10,442 nucleotides of DNA, taken from positions 1 through 10,442 of the forward strand of contig JAKLZA010000330.1 in assembly GCA_030704615.1 (NCBI GenBank), written 5' to 3'. Made by a program: the position numbers and the translations under genes. Position 1 is the stretch's first letter. The number at the start of each line of letters is the position of its first letter. The notes under the pieces are model-generated. The model was not told the DNA's origin, made no database searches, and was given only the letters and a program-made list of their open reading frames with translations. This DNA is from Takakia lepidozioides. Its lineage: Eukaryota; Plantae; Bryophyta. Shown here one piece after another: positions 1-6,800 of this stretch.

Positions 1-26
1 TAGCTGTCAAGTTATTTTACCACTAG

Positions 27-374
27 TGTGAAACTAGCTAGGAAATAGCTAGCTTTTACATATTGACATTTGGGATTGGCCCAAGTGTCAATCCAGGGGT
101 CAAGCAGATTTAGGCCCTGGAGTGGTTATCTTCACGGCAAGCGCGGGAGGCTCATCTTTCTCGAGTTGAGCCTCACCGCGCCTAGCTATGGCGCCGTAGT
201 GTGGATTCCCCATGGCGTGGGGTGCACTTGGCTTGACTTGTATTTGAGTGATGAGGTTATATATGCATGAGTTTATGCTTCAGCTTTGTGAGCTCGCATG
301 AGCTTGTGCTTGTATTCTTCTTCTTTATCACTCGAGAAAGATGAGCTCGTATCTATGAGTGCTAGATACGAGTT
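27..374 (+). other. Cluster of stem-loops; putative structured RNA (U5/5' leader of the element)
   Basis: Hand-identified stems: 27-40/46-60, 62-74/80-92, 92-103/110-121, 141-154/167-181, 243-256/323-336 enclosing 265-278/296-309, and 344-355/363-374. Imperfections are mostly G-U pairs on the + strand. Confidence 0.6.
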
Positions 375-1043
375 AGTTGTAGCACTTGTGGTTTTTGCTT
401 GAGAATGAGAGAAACCAAGTTGTTATGCAAGGAGCACCGTGGAGCTCTTGGTTGTTAGAAGCGGAGGCGATGTGGGTTACGAGGTGGTACCTTGGCATTC
501 GATCTTCAGCTTCAGAGATGAAAGCACCATACTGTAGGTAATTCCAGAGCACCTTGATGGTTTCAGATTGTGTACATGCATGAGCAAGCACGATTGGGAA
601 GAGGACCAGTCAAGAGCAGGTTATAGTGGCTTTGGTGGCAAAGCTGAGAACTGGACTTGGGAATGCGAGCTTTCATTGTGTGAAGGATTGCAAGACCAAG
701 CGAAAGGGCTGATTTGGCTTGGGGCAAATCAGTGCACTTTGTGGAGTATGGTGAGATTGGGTTTCAATCTCGAGCTTCAGCATTGAGAGGGCTCTTGTCA
801 TGGCGAGAGCAGGGCTGGAACAGGAGCTAAGAGGTGCGGCAAGGCCATGGAATGTGCACCTAGGGTTACAGAGCTTGGAAGAAGAGCTCTTGCACCACAA
901 GAGAAGTGTCTTGTGGCTGGAAATGTAAGCCTTAGGGTTTCAGGAGCTTGGCAAAGGCTATGGAGTGCTTAGTCTTGTCTTAGAGAGCATCAAGGAGCCA
1001 AGGAGCCAAGATAGGGGGCTGATATCTCTTGTGTGAAGAGGTT

Positions 1044-1460
1044 GCATGTGTGGAGCATGTATTCAGCTCATTGAAGCTTCCATCTTCAAGCTTGGAGGGC
1101 AAGCAAGGAAGAGGGAAGGGCTGACTTCCCTTATGTGAGGGCAAAAGCTTGCACTTTCAGGTGTGGGAGTGCAAGAAAGGAAGGAAGGGGCTGGTTTCCC
1201 TGTAGGGCATGTGGAGCATGCTTTCAGCATGCTGAAGCTTGTATTTTCAGGTTTGTGGGTGCAAGAAATGAAGCAAAGGAGCTGATTCTTTATGGTGAGA
1301 GTGGGGCATGTGTGGAGCATGCCTTCAGCCCATTGAGGCTCTTGTTTTCAAGCTTTAGAGAGCTAGAACGGAAGGTCTAGGGCTGGTTTCCACTTGGAGT
1401 GAAAGAAAAGCACTTGTAGGGCCTATGTGAGTTGGGGTTTCAACTTCAAGCTTGAAGGGA
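1044..1460. repeat. Degenerate dispersed/tandem repeat (~70-110 bp modules, about 4 copies)
   Basis: GCATGT(GT)GGAGCATG..TTCAGC...TGA(A/G)GCT starts at 1044, 1207 and 1306. Related AGCTT...TTCA(A/G)G...GCAAG...GCTG(A/G) modules occur at ~1075, ~1146, ~1236 and ~1337. Confidence 0.7.
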
Positions 1461-1831
1461 GCGCAACTCTTGAAGCAGCAGGTGTAGGGGGCTGGAATAG
1501 GCTCTAAGACAGATGCTATGGCCAAGGAGAGTGCTTGAATGAGTGCTCACAAGGGCTGGGAACCAGCAGGGCTTGGTTGTTTGCCATTGAGTTTAGTGGC
1601 GTGTTTGGGTAGGCTAAGTGAGAAAGAAGGCTTGGTTTGTGGGCAACCACCTCATGGCTTAGGGCTACTATGGTGGTGTGTGGGAGCCGAAAGAGCAAGG
1701 ATACCTTGCTGATTTCCTCACAGCCACCATAGCTCGGTGGAAAGAAGCCTAGAGTCCAAGAGACACAAACCCTAGCTTGGCGTGGCTAAACCCCTTGGAG
1801 AAATGGCTAAACTGCCAGAGCGGCCATGTGT

Positions 1832-3330
1832 GGGGCTGTGGCAAGCTGTGGCAAGCTGTGACGGGCTGTGACGGGCTGTGTCAGGCCTTGGCGAGCTGTG
1901 TGGGCTGTGACGGGCTGTGGCAAGCTTGAAGGCTGTGAGGGCAGTGACAGGCTGTGCCCTGTGCCCTGTGGGGCTGTGACGGGCTGTGTCAGGCTGTGAC
2001 AGGCTGTGCCAGTGGCCTTTTGGGGCTGTGACGGGCTGTGACAGGCTGTGCCCTGAGGCCTTGTGGGGCTGTGACGGGCTGTGACAGGCTGTGCCCATGG
2101 CCTTTGGGGCTGTGATGGCTGTGAGGGGCTGTGACAGGCCGTGCCTGAGGCCTTTGAGGCTGTGATGGGCTGTGACGGGCTGTGTCAGGCTTGTGGACAG
2201 GCTGTGACAGCCGTGCCTGAGGCCTTGAGGCTGTGACGGGCTGTGAGGGGCTGTGACAGGCCGTGCCCATGGCCTTTGGGGCTGTGACGGGCTGTGAGGG
2301 GCTGTGACAGGCCGTGCCTGAGCCTTTGAGGCTGTGACGGGCTGTGAGGGGCTGTGACAGGCCGTGCCCATGGCCTTTGGGGCTGTGGGGACGGGTGTGA
2401 GGGGCTGTGACAGGCCGTGCCTGAGGCCTTTGGGGCTGTGACGGGCTGTGAGGGGCTGTGACAGGCCGTGGCCTGAGGCCTTTGGGGCTGTGTGGGCTGT
2501 GACAGGCCGTGCCTGAGGCCTTTGAGGCTGTGACGGGCTGTGAGGGGCTGTGACAGGCCGTGCCCATGGCCTTTGGGGCTGTGACGGGCTGTGAGGGGCT
2601 GTGACAGGCCGTGCCTGAGGCCTTTGGGCTGTGACGGGCTGTGAGGGGCTGTGACAGGCCGTGCCTGAGGCCTTTGGGGCTGTGATGGGCTGTGACAGGC
2701 CGTGCCTGAGGCCTTTGAGGCTGTGACGGGGCTGTGAGGGGCTGTGACAGGCCGTGCCCATGGCCTTTGGGGCTGTGACGGGCTGTGAGGGGCTGTGACA
2801 GGCCGTGCCTGAGGCCTTTGGGCTGTGACGGGCTGTGAGGGGCTGTGACAGGCCGTGCCCATGGCCTTTGGGGCTGTGACGGGCTGTGAGGGGCTGTGAC
2901 AGGCCGTGCCTGAGGCCTTTGGGGCTGTGACGGGCTGTGAGGGGCTGTGACAGGCCGTGCCTGAGGCCTTTGGGGCTGTGACGGGCTGTGAGGGGCTGTG
3001 ACAGGCCGTGCCTGAGGCCTTTGGGCTGTGACGGGCTGTGAGGGGCTGTGACAGGCCGTGCCTGAGGCCTTTGGGGCTGTGATGGGCTGTGACATGCCGT
3101 GCCTGAGGCCTTTGAGGCTGTGACGGCTGTGAGGGCTGTGACACGCCGTGCCATGGCCTTTGGGGCTGTGACGGGCTGTGAGGGGCTGTGACAGGCCGCG
3201 CCTTAGGCCTTTGGGGCTGTTGACGGCTGTGAGGGGCTGTGACAGGCTGTGCCTGAGGCCTTTGAGGCTGGACGAGCTGTGAGGGGCTGTGACAGGCTGT
3301 GCCCAGTGGCCTGTGGACTGTGACGGCGTG
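1832..3330. repeat. G/T-rich minisatellite; 51-bp unit GGGGCTGTGACGGGCTGTGAGGGGCTGTGACAGGCCGTGCCTGAGGCCTTT built from 10-bp (G/C)GGGCTGTGA subunits; roughly 25-29 units
   Basis: Directly visible, e.g. consecutive units start at 2921 and 2972. The core (~2060-3300) is homogeneous and both edges are degenerate (1832-2050, 3300-3420). Linker variants are CCTGAGGCC and CCCATGGCC. Confidence 0.97.
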
Positions 3331-3603
3331 ACCAGTGAGCTGTGTGGGCCTGTGCTGGTCTGTGGTGGCCCGTGTTGACCTGTGGATGGCCTGTGCTGAC
3401 TTGTGGAGGCACTGGTGGACTAAGGACTGGCATGTGGTCTGGAAGGCCGAATTTTGAAGCTCGTGGAGGGCGGTTTGAGGAGTATCTTCATGATATTCCC
3501 ATGGTCATGCAAGTTCAGGTGTAGGCTATGTTAGGAACTTAGTATTCCAAACCATAAGCCGCAACAGGTTCTCTACCCGGTTACCTTGTGGAGAGGGGGT
3601 TAG

Positions 3604-3791
3604 GGACATGTTCATGACCGGTTGAGTGTCAACACGGAGGTGCCACTAGTTGCTGGGGACAGTGCCGGTTCGAGCACTAGCGATACTAGTGGGTACACGA
3701 GACGAGGTGTGCGGTTTAGGCCACCTTCACCTCCTGTGTCTTCCACGGAAGGTTCTGATTCGGATTGTGAATCAGGAGGCTCATACAGGCG
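3604..3791 (+). pseudogene. Possible frameshifted N-terminal extension of Gag
   Basis: The frame of ORF 3622 reads ...RRGVRFRPPSPPVSSTEGSDSDCE. Adding one A at 3770-3771 (GAA>GAAA) joins it to IRRLIQAVQVVSLPLLWDTMEEMYG in the gag frame. No homology evidence is available here. Confidence 0.35.
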
Positions 3792-6700
3792 GTGCAAGTT
3801 GTTTCTTTGCCATTGTTGTGGGACACAATGGAGGAGATGTATGGAGCTACCAAGGGGCCACGAAGGTACTCTGGGGCGGTGGGCACCATTGAGTTGGATG
3901 ATTTTATCCAAGAGTTTGATAGTTGGTGTGATTTGCAGCAAATGCGCAATCCACAACTATTTACGCCGTTCATGGCATGGAAAGGGCTGTTTCAGCACCT
4001 TGAGGGGCCGCCTATGGATGATTACCATGAGTTCAGGCGGGGGCATGAGGTTGAGATCGAGGAGTGGAGGATGTACTGGTCACCCGACTATGTCTCCATC
4101 ACTAGGGGCACTAGAGCCACGAGGGCAGTGGCTACACCTGCCGCTGCACCGGCAGCTTCAGCAAGCAGCAGTGGGACTGGTGGTACAGTAGCTACGACGT
4201 CCACCCAAGCCACTACCGCACCAGCACTAGCACCCGTGCCTGCCTTCAACCCTGTTGTGGAGTTCTTCGAAGAGTTGAGAGGGAACTACCAAGGGGTGAG
4301 GACAGAGAAGTTGCGGAGCTTGCAAGAGTTCCAACGGAAGCCGACCGAGAGCTTGAGGGAGGCTTTCACTCGCATGAGGCGCTTGATAAATGTAACCCAA
4401 GGGGTTACGGAAGCTCAGGCAGTCCAATTCTGGTATGGGATATTGGACAAGGAGCTGAGGAGAAGGGTGCGGGATGCAACTCTCCTACAAGCGGCCCAAC
4501 CCACCTTAGCAAATGTGTTTTTGCTGGCAGAGCGGATAGAGCTCAACATGGTGGAGGAACGAGTGGTCATGGTGGGATTTGCTAAGGAGACACCACGGGG
4601 TAGTGGTGCTCCTAGCCAACCACTACCTCAACGTGCTCAAGGCAACAAGGGGGCTCAGGTGAAGCTCAGGGAAGGGCAGAGAGGACCTCAAATGCAGGGG
4701 TCTCTCCCTTCATTTGCTGGCCAACAACGGGCGGATGTGGTGTGCTGGACATGTGGAGGACCCCATGTCAAGAAGGATTGCCCAGAGGGAGGCAAAGGGT
4801 CGGCACATGCACAGCCTGCACAGTTGCAGTGTGGGCATTGTGGCAAGCACGGGCATGGAGAGGCCCAGTGTTATAGTTTGCATCCTGAGTTGCGCCCAGG
4901 CCAGTTCCAAGGGAACAATGGTGGCCGGGGGCGAGGTGGAGCAGCCCAGAGAGGACGAGGTGGCCAGCCACGAGGTGCAGGCCAAGGGCAAGCTCAACGT
5001 GGCCAAGGACGCGGAGGTCAGGGTGTTGACCAAGGCATGGCCAACCGGCTTCAGCAGCTAGAGCAGAGGCTCGCTGCCATGGCTACAGCTCAGGTGGTAC
5101 CGGCTCTAAGGCCGGATGGTCCACCTCCTGCTCCTGAGGGAGGAGATATGGGAGGCATGGGATTCATGTGTGGAGCAGCACTACCACTAGTGCAGGTGGA
5201 GTCTGCTGCAGCCGTGACTCGAGGAGCAGCACGAGTTCCTGAGCCACGAGGTGCAGAGGTGGAGTTGGATCCACAGCGTGGGGAGGCAAGCCGTCAGGCT
5301 AGGCTTCCTCAGTCATTCACATTGGCGGAGACAGTGTCGACGCCATCCATGGCACCTAGTTCTCGCCCGACTATTACCGAGGCGGAGGTTACTATGCCAT
5401 TGGGGAGAGCTACACGGGCAGCACCACTACCTAGTGTTGCCAAGGCTACGGCAGCTAGTGTGCTGTTAGGAGCGGCCACATCTGTGTGCCAGGCTCCATT
5501 GTTCTCGGCTACCATGATTGCGACGCCGGGGATAAGACCAGCTGAGGTGTTCAGGCTGGCAGCTACACTCTGTGAGAGTGGGGAGGTTACTTCATCTTCT
5601 GCGGAGATAGTGGGAGGTGTAGTGCCGGAGGGATCCTCGGATTTGAGGGTCAAGACTGCCACGGCGGCGCCATGGCAAGCTGCAGCTGCCAGGTTGATGG
5701 AGCTGCCAGCTAGGCCAGCCATTGAGCGCGCCATGGTGACACCTGGAGTTGTCATGTTAGACAACCAGGATGGCATTTTCTGTTTGAGTGGACCGGCAGG
5801 CAAGAGGTACCGGCCACTGCGAGTCTTGTTGGACTCGGGAGCTCAGCCACTGATGCTGGGCAGAGCTGCTATTGCAGGCTTGGGCCTCACGGAGGCGGAT
5901 ATGGAGCCTTGTCCTTTCCAGATACAGACGTCTCTGGGAGGATCGGAGCAGGCTCGGGGCATGACACGGCATGAGTTGGCTATCAGACTACGGCCGGATC
6001 ACCCTACAGATGGCTCAGTGATGCGAGCCAAGGCCATTGTGACAGACGCAGTCTCATACGATGTCCTGGTTGGTGGGGCAGTGTTGTACCCCATGGGCTT
6101 CACCCTGGATTTTTGGGAGGAGTCAGCTTCCTATAGGCCTGCATGGCAGTCAGGGGAGGGCCGGCGTGTGCAGCTCCCTGTGACGTTCATAGGAGGAGTT
6201 GCGGTTGCCCAGCGAGGCAAGATGCCGACACTAGCAGCATTCACAGCGGCAGTGAGTTGGCCTAGAGAGTTGCTTGAGGGCAATGCTCATTCAGAGGATG
6301 TACCACCTCCGGGAGAGCAGGATGACATGTATGGTATGGCGGAGTTGCCTACCATGGTTGCTCAGACTCCATTGTGGGGCACGAGCAAGGATTTGCAGCG
6401 GGATGCTGATCGACGGGTGCAACAAGCCTGGGTGGAGGCTTTTGTACCGTCAAGAGAGGAGGAGAGTGTGGGGATTGCACCAGGACCACCTCAATTGTCT
6501 CCATTGGACACCACACCTATTGTGTGGCAGTCTCCGGATGAAGGCATTTGTCTTCTGGACTTGTTTGGCGGGATCAGCACCGGATTGGCTGCTGTGTTAC
6601 AGGCAGGTGTACGAGTTCGGCGTTACCTGTATGTGGAGAGGGATGAGACTGCACGACGCGTTTCACTTCGCCATGTTGCTCAGTTGGTGCAGCGGTACCC

Positions 6701-6800
6701 TGAGTTGTTGTCGGTGTCTGCAATTTGGATATCAGCAGGCCTTGCCAGCAGACATTTCGTTGCTGGGGGCGCAGGATTTGGAGCGGGTTGGCTCCATTGA
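3792..6800 (+). CDS. gag: Gag-protease polyprotein, continuing into the N-terminal part of the DNA methyltransferase (first in-frame ATG at 3828; true reading leaves this frame at ~6726)
   Basis: 1002-codon ORF. It has a capsid-like region with an MHR-like LQEFQRKPTESLREAFTRM (4320-4376), two zinc knuckles, an RGG tract, the protease active site LLDSGA, and then MTase motif I LDLFGGISTG. Confidence 0.9.
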   Translation: MQVVSLPLLWDTMEEMYGATKGPRRYSGAVGTIELDDFIQEFDSWCDLQQMRNPQLFTPFMAWKGLFQHLEGPPMDDYHEFRRGHEVEIEEWRMYWSPDYVSITRGTRATRAVATPAAAPAASASSSGTGGTVATTSTQATTAPALAPVPAFNPVVEFFEELRGNYQGVRTEKLRSLQEFQRKPTESLREAFTRMRRLINVTQGVTEAQAVQFWYGILDKELRRRVRDATLLQAAQPTLANVFLLAERIELNMVEERVVMVGFAKETPRGSGAPSQPLPQRAQGNKGAQVKLREGQRGPQMQGSLPSFAGQQRADVVCWTCGGPHVKKDCPEGGKGSAHAQPAQLQCGHCGKHGHGEAQCYSLHPELRPGQFQGNNGGRGRGGAAQRGRGGQPRGAGQGQAQRGQGRGGQGVDQGMANRLQQLEQRLAAMATAQVVPALRPDGPPPAPEGGDMGGMGFMCGAALPLVQVESAAAVTRGAARVPEPRGAEVELDPQRGEASRQARLPQSFTLAETVSTPSMAPSSRPTITEAEVTMPLGRATRAAPLPSVAKATAASVLLGAATSVCQAPLFSATMIATPGIRPAEVFRLAATLCESGEVTSSSAEIVGGVVPEGSSDLRVKTATAAPWQAAAARLMELPARPAIERAMVTPGVVMLDNQDGIFCLSGPAGKRYRPLRVLLDSGAQPLMLGRAAIAGLGLTEADMEPCPFQIQTSLGGSEQARGMTRHELAIRLRPDHPTDGSVMRAKAIVTDAVSYDVLVGGAVLYPMGFTLDFWEESASYRPAWQSGEGRRVQLPVTFIGGVAVAQRGKMPTLAAFTAAVSWPRELLEGNAHSEDVPPPGEQDDMYGMAELPTMVAQTPLWGTSKDLQRDADRRVQQAWVEAFVPSREEESVGIAPGPPQLSPLDTTPIVWQSPDEGICLLDLFGGISTGLAAVLQAGVRVRRYLYVERDETARRVSLRHVAQLVQRYPELLSVSAIWISAGLASRHFVAGGAGFGAGWLH
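4743..4871 (+). other. Gag nucleocapsid: two CCHC zinc knuckles
   Basis: CWTCGGPHVKKDC (CX2CX3HX4C, 4743-4781) and CGHCGKHGHGEAQC (CX2CX4HX4C, 4830-4871), followed by an RGG-rich tract (GGRGRGGAAQRGRGG, ~4920-5025). Confidence 0.9.
5790..6130 (+). other. Retropepsin-type aspartic protease domain
   Basis: RVLLDSGAQPLMLG (catalytic Asp codon 5832-5834), flap-like IQTSLGGS, and C-terminal YDVLVGGAVLYPMG (retropepsin DxLxG-type motif). Boundaries are approximate. Confidence 0.88.

Noticed and set aside
189-205. TGGCGCCGT as a tRNA-Asp-type primer-binding site
   Set aside because: The match to the usual TGGCGCCGTTGCCGGGGA breaks after 9 nt, and it is not preceded by an LTR-terminal CA.
27-374. 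Hammerhead ribozyme or tRNA in the structured region
   Set aside because: No CUGANGA...GAAA core in the right stem arrangement and no cloverleaf with T-loop consensus were found by eye. An Infernal search would be decisive.
70-1698. Short ORFs (60-85 aa) on both strands of the upstream region
   Set aside because: They have no recognisable motifs, their lengths are compatible with chance, and several start at non-ATG codons.
932-1775. Telo-box-like motifs (TTAGGGTTT at ~932-940, AAACCCTAG at ~1767-1775)
   Set aside because: These are isolated 8-9-mers. They fit a plant host but are too short to call as regulatory sites without TSS data.
1772-3154. Three long minus-strand ORFs (460, 368, 319 aa) of repetitive S/P/Q/T/A/H-rich protein
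   Set aside because: All three frames are open only because the minisatellite's C/A-rich strand lacks stop codons. Unit-length variants (50, 51, 41 bp) shuffle the same peptides among frames, so there is no frame conservation.
1832-3330. CRISPR-like array
   Set aside because: Units are head-to-tail with no unique spacers, there are no cas genes, and the context is a eukaryotic retroelement.
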